This document shows, piece by piece, positions 24,587-38,351 of a stretch of 64,000 bases of DNA; position 1 is the first letter of the stretch, and every line of letters begins with the position of its first letter. Source of the stretch: Felis catus. Lineage: Eukaryota. The DNA is taken from positions 171,122,001 through 171,186,000 of the forward strand of contig NC_058368.1 of assembly GCF_018350175.1 (NCBI RefSeq), in the 5' to 3' direction. The notes beneath the pieces are model-generated. The model was given only the letters and a program-made list of their open reading frames with translations. It searched no databases and was not told the DNA's origin. A program made the position numbers and the translations under genes.

Positions 24587-26383
24587 GTAAATGTGTATTG
24601 ATTAAAACAATTCAACCAATTTTGTCATGTTATACGGGTTTAAACTCTATGCAACGTATTTTCTTTTAAAAATCTCTGATTTTTTTTAAACAAGGAAATT
24701 ATCACTTTTAAGACAGCAATTTTTAAAGATGATTTTTAGAAAAATAATAGCAGGTGGAAATAAATTTTATTTGAGAGGACTGAAATAACTGAGTGAAAGT
24801 TATTTGTATGACTAGAAGCCCCAAAGAAAATAAAAGAGTTCTTAAAAAAAAAAAAAAAAAGATTTCAAGGACAATTTGAAAACATTTGCAACATTCCTTA
24901 CAACATACATTTTATAAGTTAAAAAAAATTTTTCCCACAGAAAAAGCAGTTCCATGAGTGAAGTTAATCCACTGAGATAATGCTTAAAAGAGGAACATCT
25001 TGCATTTATAACAAAACAAAACTCTTTCTTCCCAAGTATTCAATTAAATAAGGTGTAAATGCGGTTTTCCCTCTTGGAGCAAAGAGAGACTTTTTCTCCT
25101 GTTTCACCACTTCTCAATAGTTCTGTACTCACTCTTGCCTCTGGACATATGCACCCAGTCTTCCTGCTGCCTGGAGCAAGAATCATCTCTCTTTTCTTTA
25201 CCTGGTTAGCCTTTGGTTATATAGAAGAATGCCACTAAAGTTTTACGTCTCTGACACTCAAGAGCCTGTTAGCCTCCCCCCCCCTCCCCCCAAGAGCCAC
25301 CATTATCTCAGCTCCTCTCTCATTCAGAGTATTTCCTGTACTTATAATTGCTCCTCTGCCCTCCTGAGGGTGCTGTCATTCTCCACTAGGGAGGGGCATG
25401 TCTGTCATTCAGAGTCATATCTCCAGCTCCCAGCACAGATCAGAACACGTGGTGTTTAAAACCAAACCAAAAACAGTCTTCTCAAGCACTCAGGTTCATC
25501 AGGCAGAACTGCTTTGCACTGTTCTTTTCTGTTCAGCGGTTAAGTCTTTCTGCCGAAACTGAATGCCCACCTTTTTCCTCCCAAACTCCTCCTTTGCTTG
25601 GATAATTTTCATTTAGTCCACAGGCCTCAATTTTGATAATATTCCCCTTTAGGAAACGAAACCTTCCTTGAACTTCTGGTCAGGGTTTCATACCTTCTTA
25701 TGGGCTACCCTAACATGCTACGCTTTTCTTGTGATAGTGTTACTATTCAGATTTTAATTGCCACATCCCTTTTCTGTGTCTTGCATCAGAATGTAAGCAC
25801 CGTGATGGCAAGGGCCATACCACGTTATTAGCCTTTATATTTCTAGAATGTACACGTAGTATGCACTTAAGAAATATTTATTGAGTAAGTAGTATTATAT
25901 TATTATGATTATTTTATAATTACAGTTACAAATGACTCCCTTTTCCTCAGCTTCTCTTTCTCTGTGCTTTGTACCACTGCCAGGATGGCCTTTGTTAAAT
26001 TCTGCCCTCATCAATGTACTGTTTGAAATCTGTTAATGTCACTTAGTCTACTACATAACGAAACTTGTACTTGCATGTCTAGACGTTAAGGCACTTAAAA
26101 AAGTTTTTTTTTAAGTTTTAATTTCAGTATAGTTAATGTAATGAGATATCACCTCACACCTGGCAGAATGACTAAAATCAAAAACATAAGAAATAACAAG
26201 TGTTGGTAAGGATGTGGAGAAAAGGGAACCCTTATACACTGTCAGTGGCATTGCAAACTGGTCTAGGTACTGTGGAAAACAGTATGGAGGTTCCTCAAAA
26301 GGTTTAAGTACTTTTTAATATGGTTTCTTCCTACCATCTCCCTTTAAGTCCCTCCACTTCTTTTCTTTGTGTGTTTTTACTGT

Positions 26384-26557
26384 TTATTTTTGAGAGAAAG
26401 CACGAGTGGGAAAGGGGCAGGGAGAGCAGAACAGATGATCCGAAGCAGGCTCTGCTGACAGCAGTGAGCCTGATGCAGGGCTCAAACTCACGAACCGTGA
26501 GATCATGACCTGAGCTGAAGTCGGATGCTCAACCAACTGAGCCACCCAGGCGCCCCT
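26384..26557 (-). mobile_element. CAN-SINE
   Basis: Antisense head ending ccacccaggcgcccc. Confidence 0.9.
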
Positions 26558-26815
26558 AGGTCCCTCCACTTCTATCTTCCACTTGAGTTAGGCCAATCAC
26601 CTTAGTCTAGGGTTTATAGGATTCTGGACAAAACTGTACATTCATTTGTGATTCTGTGATTTACTTTTAGTCCAACCCTAAAAATGCCTCCTACATCCAC
26701 AGTTCCCACTCTATGTGGTGTTTTTACCATAGCCCCTCTTCCAAGGAGTCTTATTTATAAGAGTCACAACATTGATATGCATAAATTTTGCCACCTTGCT
26801 GACTGGCCCAAGTGT

Positions 26816-26855
<40 letters not shown>

Positions 26856-27668
26856 ACGTGTGCATGCTTGTAACTGTGTGTTCATGGTGGGGTGTGTGGT
26901 CATGTGTTCATACATGTGTGTTCATGACTGATACAATAACAGCCAGCCTCTAGATGAGCTAGAATCTATGAATCTACCTGTGGGCAGGCAACTTCTGAAT
27001 AATATGGACAGTAGTGATCTAGGAACCAATCAGACCAATCTCCTAGCAAAATCTGAACGAGGTATTAGTTAGCCAGGTAAACATCCAGACATAGATATAA
27101 GCAGATTAAGAGAGAAAGAGACTCAGCGAGGGAATAGCAGGTCCATAGGAGAAAAGCAGGCAATAAGCCATGTGTGCAGAGCCTCTGAGGCAATAGAAGC
27201 TGTGAATAACAAGAAGCAAAGAACTATACAGAATAGAATGTGAGGTGGTTGGTAGCAGTTGAAAATCAGGAATTAACGACCCTTTGCTGGTGTAGAGCAA
27301 CAGCATAACCAGGTCACAAGTGCTGTACTGGACAGTGAATCACCTTTCAGTTCCTGACCCATAAGGCAGTCTCCACAAAATCAAACTGTACAACTCATTT
27401 CATTTCCATAATGCCCAATATGTAGTCAGCATGTCCTGTTCTAACAATCATGCACTTGATTTAATATAGCCTGAGTGAATCTCTGTTATTGAAAAACTCT
27501 GGAAAACTTTGCAGTTTCATTTTGCCTTTATAAAACAGTTAAATTCAATTTCTTTTGGAGGAATTCCATAAGAAAGAATTAATGTTGAACATGTAGACAC
27601 ACAGTATAGCCCCTGTGTTGTATAGTTTCTGGTACTGAAATTTTGTGAGCTGCACCATCACTGCAAAG

Positions 27669-27804
27669 AATGAATGAGCATCTTGCTTTGCTAAAAATGG
27701 TTTCTTCTTAACAAGTTTCATGCATATTGAGTCTTTTATTTATTTTTTGTACAAAATTGTTACTGAATTGTGTGAGCACTATAATTATGTTTCAACGTTG
27801 ACAG
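27669..27804 (+). pseudogene. Dynein pseudo-exon, AAA5 Walker-B region
   Basis: CAG|gtaaga donor; FAKNGFFLTSFMHIESFIYFLYKIV, cf. ALRFGxPLLVQDVESYDPVLxPVL. Confidence 0.6.
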
Positions 27805-28734
27805 GTAAGATTGAATGTTAACTGAAGTGATTCTTTCAAGTGCGTTACAAGTACTGCATACTTATTGAAAATTACTTGGCTTATCTGGTCAATACTCTGT
27901 AAATTAATTGAGGGAATTGATTCTTGGTGTTCATTGGGGAAAGAAAGCCAAGCAGCCTTAACATGAAATAATTGTAGAGTAGAAAACCATACATTGTTGA
28001 GAAAAACATTACAATAGTGTGAAATGAACACTGGACCTGTGCCCCTTAACCTTTGCTGCTTTTTTCTCCCCTAACTTCAGATCCCTCTAAGTACCATTTC
28101 CCTCTCTATCCATTATGCATTCAAAATGCCTCACTTCAACTGCTCGCTTGCCATCAGCCCTAAGTTCTCTGTTCCCCTGAACTTTTGCTTACTATTCTGC
28201 AAGACCCAGACTCAAAATAACTCTTCTAGATTTTGCCTCACCTATTACTGGAATTTTGAACACCACTAAGAAAATAAAACAACTGTGAAGATACGTGCCA
28301 TTGCACATGTGTTGTTTATAACCTCAGCTTAGTAATATCTTTACGGGCTTGATCAATTGTCACTCTTACTCCCCTCACAGAGAAGTCAAGATTGGATTCT
28401 TTTTTTTCAGTCTTCCATCTCAGACCTCATCTCTTTCAACAAGGATGTTGCTATCCCTTTCATACACGTATATTCAAAATAGAAAGCTTTAGGCACGCAA
28501 TTCTTCCTGCAAGTTACCTACAGCGGCACCTGTCTCAGCTTTCTGTGCCATCTCAAAGGCTGGGAAGTATCAAAGTACAAGTTCATCCAGAAGGGAAGGG
28601 CTTCCAAACAAAAGGATTTAAGAGTAGGACAAATATCTACAGGGATATTTATTCTTCTGTTGACATTAGTGAAGATTTTGTTCCGAGTTACCAGTGCTAA
28701 ACTGAGGCTCTGACCTGCTTGTGATTTTTATTAG

Positions 28735-28879
28735 TTCCAAATCACTGGGATTATCATAAAGGGTTTTGTTTTCTATACAATGATGAATAACTAGAATGAG
28801 AGTCAGTAATCTGATCCTTTTTTTAGTCTTATCCTCCCTGATGCCTGGTCCCAGAGTAGAAATGATGAGTTCACAAAAG
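28735..28879 (+). pseudogene. Dynein pseudo-exon, AAA5
   Basis: ttttattag acceptor, AAG|gtaaat donor, in phase with the previous exon; NHWDYHKGFCFLY, cf. DKEV(D/E)YHPxFRLYL. Confidence 0.6.
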
Positions 28880-29272
28880 GTAAATATAATTAAAAAAAAA
28901 AAGAAAGACTAATATTCTTCAATTAGATTAAATTGGGTTCAGTTTATTTCATCACAATTTGATCCCTGAAATTTTCCTGCAAAATCCTACAGTAAAGTAA
29001 GATACTATGGCTTAGTTATTTTTAATATTTACTTTGACCTAAGCAAAGGCCATGAAATATTATCTTTGAAAATCAAAATGCTTTAAAATAATAGGTATTC
29101 ATTAACTTATTCATTTAATATAGCTAAAAAGGGAAAATGAAGGAAAATTCCTTTGGTATTACTGTTAACACAAACCAAGCTTCAATTCTACATTATAATC
29201 AACATATTCAATTCATTTAAGCCAATGACTTAAAAATGATAGATTTTTTTAGTTTTGTAAAACAAATCTTTC

Positions 29273-29493
29273 GGGGCGCCTGGGTGGCTCAGTCGGTTAA
29301 GCATCCGACTTCGGCTCAGGTCACGATCTCACGGTCCGTGAGTTCGAGCCCTGCGTCAGGCTCTGTGCTGACAGCTCAGAGCCTGGAGCCTGCTTCGGAT
29401 TCTGTGACTCCTTCTCTCTCTGACCCTCCCCCGTTTATGCTCTGTCTCTCTCTGTCTCAAAAGTAAATAAACACTAAAAAACAAAAACAAAAG
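29273..29493 (+). mobile_element. Felid CAN-SINE
   Basis: TSD caaatctttc. Confidence 0.95.
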
Positions 29494-30499
29494 CAAATCT
29501 TTCATCTTTACCTCCCTCCTCTAAGAAGTCATATCCATGCCAAGCACTTTGGATCCTTAACATTCTCGAGGGCCTTATTTCTAGATTGTGTAACTCAAAG
29601 CTACCATTTCTATATAATGTAAGTGGTAGCTCTAATACAAGAATGATGGTCACTGCATTGTCATCATTACTATATGCATATGTACTTATGTACTAGATGT
29701 TGAGTAATTACCACACTTATAGTATTAGTAATACAATAGCTTACTTTGAACTTTGCATGTGAGTCGATTTCTTGAGAGAGTATGATTCATCTTCATTTTG
29801 TGGGTGAGAACCTGAAGATTTGACCCATTAAGTAATTTGGCAGCAGTTAATAGCTAGCACACTGTTGAGTCAGATTTTAACCTAGGCCAGCCTAGCCCTA
29901 AAAACTAGCTTTTAGTTACTACACTGTCTTTCATCTCATAGGGACTTTACTATTTGTGTTCACATGCAGAATGCGTATCTTTTGACCTTGATAGTCAACA
30001 TTATGAAGTAGGTATTATCATCTTCATTTCAAAAAGTAAAATCCTGAGGCCCAGGGAGGTTAAGTGACTTTCCCAAAGTATTTAGCTGGTAGGATTAGCC
30101 TCCTGATGGCCATTCCACCTATAGACTTCTCTATCAAACATTCTTCAAGGCACATAGCATGTATGGCTATAGGCATAAAGAAGTTTCTTATTGTAAATTT
30201 CAATAAATAATCTTGATAACATTTAAAATATTTTTTTTCCAAAATTAGCCATCCTCACAGTTTTGTTTGAGGAAAAATTATGCATCAAACTCTGATAGTT
30301 AGTAATAACAGGTTAAAAATTAGAACTGATCATTTATGTTCTCACGTGTCATCTCCATTTGATTTTCTAGATACTCCCATATATTTTTCTTCCTTTATTT
30401 TAACCTCCAGTTTTAGAACATATCCATAGCCTTAAAACCAATTTCTGTAAAAAATGAGCATTGTCCAAAGTGTACTTTATAGATGATCATATTATGTGA

Positions 30500-30762
30500 T
30501 ATATGGATCATATTCTTTTTAGTAATTGACCTCTCTGAAAGGAGCTGGTTGTTATGGTTACCACAGGGAGAAAGTAAGAGAGAAGGAGAGAGAGGAAGAG
30601 AGAGAGAGGGAGAGAGGTCACTTTGCAACAATGTATTGCAGAGTTTTGTTTTGAGTGATGTTAACAATTTCCTGGCTGACTTACCTCACCATCCTCTCAG
30701 GAAACAGAGAACTGATATGCATAAGCATGGGAAATTGGAAATACTATTTCTTAATTCTTTTG
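30500..30762 (+). pseudogene. Dynein pseudo-exon, buttress coiled coil
   Basis: KELVVMVTTGRK, then a GA-rich run, then SLCNNVLQSFVLSDVNNFLAD, cf. ELEDxLLxRLSxxxGNFLGD. Confidence 0.6.
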
Positions 30763-30945
30763 GTATCTGATATATTCCAGGTTCCATAGATCTGGAATCT
30801 GCCTTTCCTGTGCTTTTGTGTGTATACCCTTAAATAACTTTTATAAGAGTTCTGAACACACATTAACAATTATAGTACTAAATTGTAAATGTTGGATAAA
30901 GAAGGGAGAATCTTAACACCTTCAGTCAGTTTTTCTTTGTTACAG

Positions 30946-31091
30946 TGAGTGGTTTTTCTCTGGTTAGGATTCTGTGGAAGACTGATAGTCATGTGCAAAT
31001 CAAAAAGCATGAGTTTCAGTTATGCAAATATAATGTCCTTACGCTATTTGATATGTTTACTTGGAACATTGAACACCTGCAGATATGATCA
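30946..31091 (+). pseudogene. Dynein pseudo-exon, after the buttress
   Basis: tttttctttgttacag acceptor; GFSLVRIL..VQIKKHEFQLCKYNVLTLFD, cf. GSLLYFxxxDLxxIxPMYQFSLxxFxxLF. Confidence 0.5.
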
Positions 31092-31799
31092 GTAAAAGAA
31101 AAGAAAAATTATTCAAAGGCAATTAATTCTCTGACTTATCTCTTTATACAAATTTTCAAATGTTTAATCAAGACACAAGGAACAGACAAACATTCAAATA
31201 AGGTTTCTTATTCTTCCTTGTATCAGGATATATTATGGGATATAATAAAGTAAAAACGATTACCATTCCAAGAGCTTAATACTAAACAAAAGGCAAAGAC
31301 AGAAAAATACTTTTCCTCTCCACTGCCTTCTGTAACTTTATTTTTAATTGATTTCTGCTCATCTTTTGAGAAATATTGGGATTAAAGTGCTCCTCTGGCC
31401 TAGAAATTTACTGTCTGCCATTCATTGACTTGCCACAGAACAGATATTTGTTGAGTAGCTACTATGTACCAGACAGTACTAGCTACTTTGCAGGAAGTTT
31501 TTAGGTATTGGTGTTCAACCACCACTTCATTATCTGCTGGAAAAGACTGAGATTAATGGCCAAAGAGATTTGGAAAGACTAAAGGAAATGGTGGTATGTA
31601 TAAAGAATTGGAAGGGCAGATTCCTCTAGGGGTTAATGAGAGGAAATGGGTTGGACTGTGGGCCCTAGGATGCTGGTAAGTATGTGGTAGGAACTTGGGA
31701 ATATTGAGTATAAAAGGAGTAATAAAGAGGCTTTGAAGTCAGTATAGGGAGTATGGAGATTATTGAAAGGAATGGAAGTAAAGTGGTAAACTAGTGAGA

Positions 31800-32629
31800 A
31801 AAAAAAATGGAGTGCAGAATACAAAAGGAACTAAAGCTACAGGAAGGGATTTGGACCTATCAAGGAAACTTAAAGAAGTCAATCCAATAATCAGTTCAGT
31901 TTTGCCCTTGAGCATTTGCCAAATCTAAACTGGAAGGGTTGGGGCAGTGAGCAAACTTGGAAAGAAACCAAACAGAAACCTGTTACACCATAGATTATAG
32001 GCTACAGAGACAAGAATTTCAGCCCAGGATCTATCAAGGAAGATATGGCTGGTTAGAAATCCAGGCTTTCAGTTGACAGTTGAGAATCCAGTTAAGTCTG
32101 TAATCTAGTAGTAAAAGAAACTTGGAAATTGATGAGTCTAAAACTTAGGTCATCTCCATATTTTATTGGATTGAAATAATCATTTTACTCTAATTTTCCT
32201 CCAGAAGAAAAGTAAATCTTCTCTGTAGAGAGATAAAACTATATACAATCTATGTAATTTTACCAAAAGCCTTGGTTGTTACTCAAAGAAATTTACAAGG
32301 CATGCAAGGATTATTGTATGATTTTTTTCAAACTATTATAAGTAATGTTGAAGAAAACGGAAAATTAATTTTTCACCAGAGAAAGTATGAAAAACCAAAT
32401 GGAAATTCTAAAAGTGAAAAATACAACCACTGAAATAAGGGAAGCAAAGGATGGGTTTGGGAGAAGTTTAGACAGAACATAGTAACATAGAAGATGGATC
32501 AGTTAGGGACTCCTGAATGACTCAGTTGGTTGAGTGTCCGACTCTTGATTTTGGCTTAATTCATGATCCCAGGGTCCTGGGTATGAGCCCCACGTTAGGC
32601 TCTGCACTGAGCATGGAGCCTGCTTAAGA

Positions 32630-32687
<58 letters not shown>

Positions 32688-32707
32688 GTCTCTCTCTCAC
32701 ACACACA

Positions 32708-32747
<40 letters not shown>

Positions 32748-34600
32748 CACACACACAAGATGAATCAGTTAAAAAAGATCCAAACTGAAGCACACACAGA
32801 AAAAGGAACAGAAAATATGCATCAGGCCACAGATCCAAGATTTATAAACCCCAAGCAAGATAAGGTCCAAGAAAACCACATCTTCTCACTATGGAGTGAA
32901 ACTGCTGAAGATTAAAGACAAAGAAAATAATCTTGAAAGCAGCTAGAGGGAAAAAAGACACACGGTCTTCAAAGGGGCAATAATAAGACAAACAACATTA
33001 TTTACAACAGCCAAGACATAGAAACAGCCTAAGTGCTCACTGATAAATGAATGGATAAAGAAATTATGATGTATACATATGCAATGGAATACAACTCAGC
33101 AGTAAAAAAGAAGGAAATCCTGCCATTTGCAACAAAATGGAAGGACCATGAGGGTATTATGCTAATTGACATAAGTCAGAGAAAGACAAATGTTGTATGA
33201 ATCTCACTAATACGTGAAATCTAGAAACAAACAGAAGAGATCTAATTTGTGGTTTCCAGAAGAGGCAGAGAGCAGACGGGTGGGGAACTAGATGAAGGTG
33301 ACAAAAAGGTATCAATTTCCAATTAGAAGATAAATAATAATAATGATAAATAAATTATAGGGATGTCATGTACAATGTGATAACTACAGTTAACACTGCT
33401 ATATGATATATTTGAAAATTTCTAACAGAGTAAATCCTGAAAGTTTTTATCACAAGGAAAAAACTTTTTTTTTTATATGAGGTGGTGGATATCACTTATT
33501 GTGGTAATTATTTCATGGTATAAGTCATTATGTTGTACACCTTAAATTTATACAGTGCTCAATTATAATTATGTCAATTATATCTCATTACAATTGAAAG
33601 AAAGAGGAATCCTATAATCAGTAAAAAGATTCACCAAAAAGGTTATTTTTTAAATCTCTTAAAAATATTTCTTTCAAAAAGAATTTTAGAATAAAAAATA
33701 GAGACTTTTCAAAAAAATATAAACTGAAAGAATTCATTGCCAACAGGCCCACATAGAAAGAAAGAAATACCAAAAGATTTCTTTAGGCAACAGGAAAATA
33801 ATCCTGGATGGAGGCAGAGTATTGCATGAAAGAATGAAGAGCTCCAGAAAGAGTAAAGAAGATTGATTAAATGAATATACAAGTTTAAACCAATGCTAGT
33901 AATGTCTAGTGACATTAAAATTATATACACTATAAATACATAGCAATAATAGTAAAAAGGTGAAAGTTTGGAAAATGGATTTGAAGTACTATTAGGTCCT
34001 TTTATTGTCTGAGAGGTGCTAAAATTACTAACTTATAATAGACTCTATTAAGTCAAAATGTCTTTCATAATATATGCAGTACACTAAAGTAATAAAAAAA
34101 TGTACAGTCTGTAAACTAACAAAAGGAAAGCAGAGAAAAAAATTGTTGACTAATCCAAAAGAAAGCAAGAAAGAAGAAAAAACTGGTAATACTCAAGAAT
34201 AGTAAGGTGATAGATTTAAAGTGAAGGTGTTATAATTCCATTAAATGTAAATGGTCTAAATATTTCCAATTAAACATCTAAGATTCTCAGACTTTATAAA
34301 AGTAAAATATTACCATAACAATCAGAAAATTTGAAAATAAAAGGGTGGAAAGAGATATACCATGAAAACACTAAAAATAGTTGAAGTAGTTATTTTAATA
34401 TCAAGTACAGATTTAAGATAGTATTACTAGAAATAAAAGGGACAAAATTTATTCTTTAGAAAGATCAATTAAGCTTGAAAATATTACATTTCTAGATCTT
34501 TACATAATTAAAAGACTACCCACAAACTATTAAAAAACATGACCAGAAATAAAAGAATAGGTAAATATATCATAATGGATGGAAATTTTATTCACATGTG
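31800..34600 (+). mobile_element. Ancient L1 (5'/ORF1-ORF2 remnants) with nested L1MA9-like 3' end (about 32995-33605)
   Basis: A-rich ORF1/endonuclease remnants (cattaaatgtaaatggtctaaa); insert begins acagccaagacatagaaacagcctaagtg. Confidence 0.75.
32505..32757 (+). mobile_element. Older CAN-SINE with (CT)n(CA)n tail
   Basis: gactcagttggttgagtgtccgactcttgatttt head. Confidence 0.88.
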
Positions 34601-35710
34601 ATCTTCCACATACTTAAAATATTTCCTATTTAAAAATAAATTACAGAGTGTGATCAATCTTCCTTCATTGTTTTATTAAAAGATTATAGGAAAGCTTAAT
34701 TTCCTGCTGAATGTTATTAGATAAGCTGTAAAAAACTTTTTATGATAAAAGTTGCCAAGGATTAAAATGGACTATTGAGAAAAGATGAAAAAAATAGTCA
34801 TTTGAAGGTGACGTCTGAGGACAAGACAAGTCTAAATCTATAACAGCATTCTAGAAATAGATGTAGGAATGAATTTGACCACAAGTTTCCAAACTTGGCC
34901 ATGCTGCAAAAACAACTGGGTAACTTTAAAAAATATGTATAGACATATATTTGGGTCCCAACCTTTCAGATCCCGATTAGTAGGTCTGGAGTCCACGTTT
35001 TTGAAAGCTCTCTAGAGGATCCTGATATCCAGTTAGGACTGAGAACCAAGAGATCAGATGGTAGCCTTAGACACAGGACTTCTGCCCTGCAGTACTTCAG
35101 AAAACACCATGCACACAGCCCATGACTGGCACCTCCTGGAGTTGTGCAGTGTGGCAGTCCTGTTAGACTCGCATGCGTTCTCTGTTATATTATCTTTATA
35201 TTCCTGATTAGGACACTGAGAAATTATGAGATCTAATGACTCATTCAAGACTGAAATATGAAGTGTAGCTTCAGATACATTTTTAGTTCCATTTTGTCAT
35301 ATCCCCTTCTTTTAAAAAAGTCATCTCCTTTCTTTGGCTTAAATGAGTTACTTAAATCATGCATGTGTATAGGAAAAAAGAAAAACTTACAAATGTATTC
35401 TAAAACAGATTTAATGTAATCCTAGTTAAAGTCACTAATGTAATCATATTTAGGGATACACTTATACTTCTAAATCTGAATCCAAATATGTGAAACAAAT
35501 CAAGAACAAGTATTTAAGAATGGAAAACATCAAAGAAATTTCTTGACAAAAACAAATGCCAACAGTTACTCTATTTAAATGTCTGTTATTGGTATTTCTT
35601 AGCTGAGCCTTTTTTTTAAACATATCAAAACAGGAAGCAAGTAGGGCAGAAATGTAACTCTAGTTCCATGTTTCCTTTTATCCCTTTCTCTCCTCATCTA
35701 ATTTATTCAG

Positions 35711-35945
35711 CATCATAGTGCTAGCTCTGGTACTGGAAGCTGCTTCTTTAGCTACATTTTGCCTTCACTACTTGCCTGGCTATGGCTTAGGACTCAGAAG
35801 ACGCTGTTTACAGGAGAAAGGGTGTTGAGATCATTTTTGGAGGGTGCAGAATGATCCCACATTGCAGCAATATTATGTAGATTATGATGCTTTCTAAATG
35901 GCACCAACAGCCTCGTCTACTATGAAAACACTTGGAATATTTTCT
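35711..35945 (+). pseudogene. Pseudo-exon with no canonical dynein motif recognised (possible insert)
   Basis: Strong polypyrimidine acceptor; near-open frame IIVLALVLEAASLATFCLHYLPGYGLG..FWRVQNDPTLQQYYVDYDAF. Confidence 0.4.
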
Positions 35946-36069
35946 GTATATATTTTTTAAATGCACCTTTATTTTTTAAAACTCAATTAATTTGAAAATT
36001 GGTTAATCAAATTTTGTATTAGCAAGAGTTGCCTATGTATCAATCAACACATATAGAAGCATAGGCAAA

Positions 36070-36930
36070 TTCCAGTTAGGATGGATTAGCTTGTTTCAGA
36101 CCAACTTCCCCATTGAAAATAACTAGAAAATCTGGAAAAAATGGACATGAGCTCTTTGAAGGCAACAGAGAACTATTAATGTAGTAAAGACTTGAGAGTC
36201 CAAGATTTTGGAGGGAGGGGATGGATAGAATAGTAAGCCCAACATTTGGTGTTACTTTTCCCTTAATGTATTCACAAACTTACAGTGGACAGCTGAGAGG
36301 CTGGGAAACTGGAGGGAGTAACAGACACAGAGAGGAACTGAGATTGAGGAGCAGAGCAGTTGAGACTCTAGAGCTTAGGAGTTTCACAGAAGTGGGGAGA
36401 CAAAAACGAGAGTAAGGCTTACAAAAGAGGAAAGGCCATAGCAAACACTCCCAGACTATCAGTCAAGATCCCTGAAAGGCTACATGCTAGAAGCAAGACT
36501 CAATGGAAATAACCAGTCCTTACAAAGACTGAAACACAGCTTCCTATCTGTTTCCTATCAGACTGGATTAAGGTGATCTGCCCTTACTCTGACTGCCTGC
36601 CAAAATCTAAAGTAAATACTCTCCACGGGAACATAAAATCATACAGAGCCTGAAATTCTCTCTACAACTTTCATAGACATTGTCTACCATGTAATAATGA
36701 TGACTAAAAAAAAACAAAACAAAACATGCCAGGCATACCAAGTGACAAGATCAAATAATCAAAATCAAAAGAAAAAATATTGATGATGGAAACTTATCCA
36801 TAGGACATCCAGAAATTATAGTTATGAAACAGGCTTTAAAATGCTTGCCATTAAGATGCACAAAAAATAGATGACAAGATGGACATCACGGATAGAGAAA
36901 AATGAATTAAGTAAAAATCATAACACTGAA
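36070..36930 (+). mobile_element. Ancient L1 5' region remnant
   Basis: gactggattaaggtgatctgccc and aactagaaaatctggaaaaa motifs. Confidence 0.55.
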
Positions 36931-37965
36931 AATTGTGTGTTCACATATATCCCCATCTTTCTATCTACTACTTAATCTAGCTCTGTCCCCTCATGATTAT
37001 AATTAGCCTAAATTCTGACTTCAATTAAAGCACTCATGTATATGTTTCTTTTATTTTTCTCTAACATATTTTTTTCTCTAAGGAAGAAGAATATTTAATT
37101 GTCAAAATAGAATGCTGGAAACAGTTCAATAAAAGCATTATGTATACCATGTATGTTTAATGTGTCATGTTATTAAACTGATAATCAGACATATATAAAA
37201 CTATTCATTAACCAGATCATTTATAATTCCATTATTAATGAAAAATGTTATTTATTTGAGCTGAGCTCTCTTTACAAGACTGTAGTCTAATTTGTCTATC
37301 AGTCACAGATAAAGTTTTTGAGTTTCAAAATATCACTTAATTTTATGGTTTTAAATTTCCTAGGAGGAGTCCGGAGTAATTCAATATGTTCTCTGAGTAA
37401 AAAATCTCAGGTTGTTATTTAATCTAATAAAATCATTACTCTGTGAAGTCAGATGACAAACAGGAACAAAATCAATAATGTCCTTAATAGATGTTTTCTA
37501 GTTACAAATGTATTTTTAAGTATTTTATGAGTTTATTTTTAGGGTGTCATGTATCTATACATATAAATAAACACATACATACATATAAATATTTACTTTT
37601 TAAAATTGGCTAATAGATTAGTGAAGTGAATGCTCATTTTCTAGAAATTCTGAGGGGCCACAGGTGGAGGTAGCAACTAGGGATAAAGGGAAAAGAAATA
37701 ATAATTAACATCTAGACCCTGTAAAGTAGGTATTATTTCTTCCATTATGCAACGATGTGAAGAGAAATTAAGTAACATGATCAGAGCCACAGAGCTAGTA
37801 AATGGCAGCACTAGAATGCAAACACAGTTCTATTTGATTTCCAAGACTATGTTCTTTCCAGTATACTGTGCTTTCTATATATAGAAACAGCTGGATGGGA
37901 AGATTTATGTTGAAATTGGTGAACATATAATCCTTTTAGGGAGTTAACAAAGTTTTTATGTGAAG

Positions 37966-38084
37966 TCTGTTACACTCCGTATTTGAGTATAGCCAGATAG
38001 TTCATCAAAGCTGGATCTCGTATTTCAAAGGTGTATAGAATTCTATACATAATTTTTGCACCTGCTATTTACAGTCTTCTCCAG
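37966..38084 (+). pseudogene. Dynein pseudo-exon, AAA5 extension
   Basis: Perfect CAG|gtaagt donor; KVYRILYI(fs)FLHLLFTVF, cf. VYRYxCRxLFExHKLLFSF. Confidence 0.65.
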
Positions 38085-38323
38085 GTAAGTTTAGCACACA
38101 GTGTTCCAGTTATATACCCTTGAGTGCATAGGGTATATATTAGTTAAAATAAATCAATTCCATGAAATAGACAAGGAATAAGATAAGTCTTTATGTAAAG
38201 TGCTATGAATAGTTCAACAAATGCATTACAAATATTTATTTTCGCATGTATGTTGTGCTTGAGCTAATTCGTAATAGTAAAGAGATGTAAGTCTCCTCAT
38301 TAACTGTTTCCTATCTTGGTCAG

Positions 38324-38351
38324 AGTTGAGGACAATGATGTTGTATTACAG
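38324..38351 (+). pseudogene. Dynein micro pseudo-exon
   Basis: cttggtcag acceptor, CAG|gtaaga donor; VEDNDVVLQ at the position of ExxFxLxG. Confidence 0.5.

Noticed and set aside
27715..27804. Uricase-like ELCEHY similarity
   Set aside because: Isolated short match; dynein AAA5 context and phase continuity with the next exon explain it better.
6922..29466. Recurrent similar ORFs (e.g. 6922, 9880, 20478, 22301, 29236) and tRNA-like heads
   Set aside because: All are translations or heads of CAN-SINEs, not genes or tRNAs.
35711..35945. Ion-channel-like motif (YYENTWNIF)
   Set aside because: Single short motif needing a frameshift; no other channel segments nearby.
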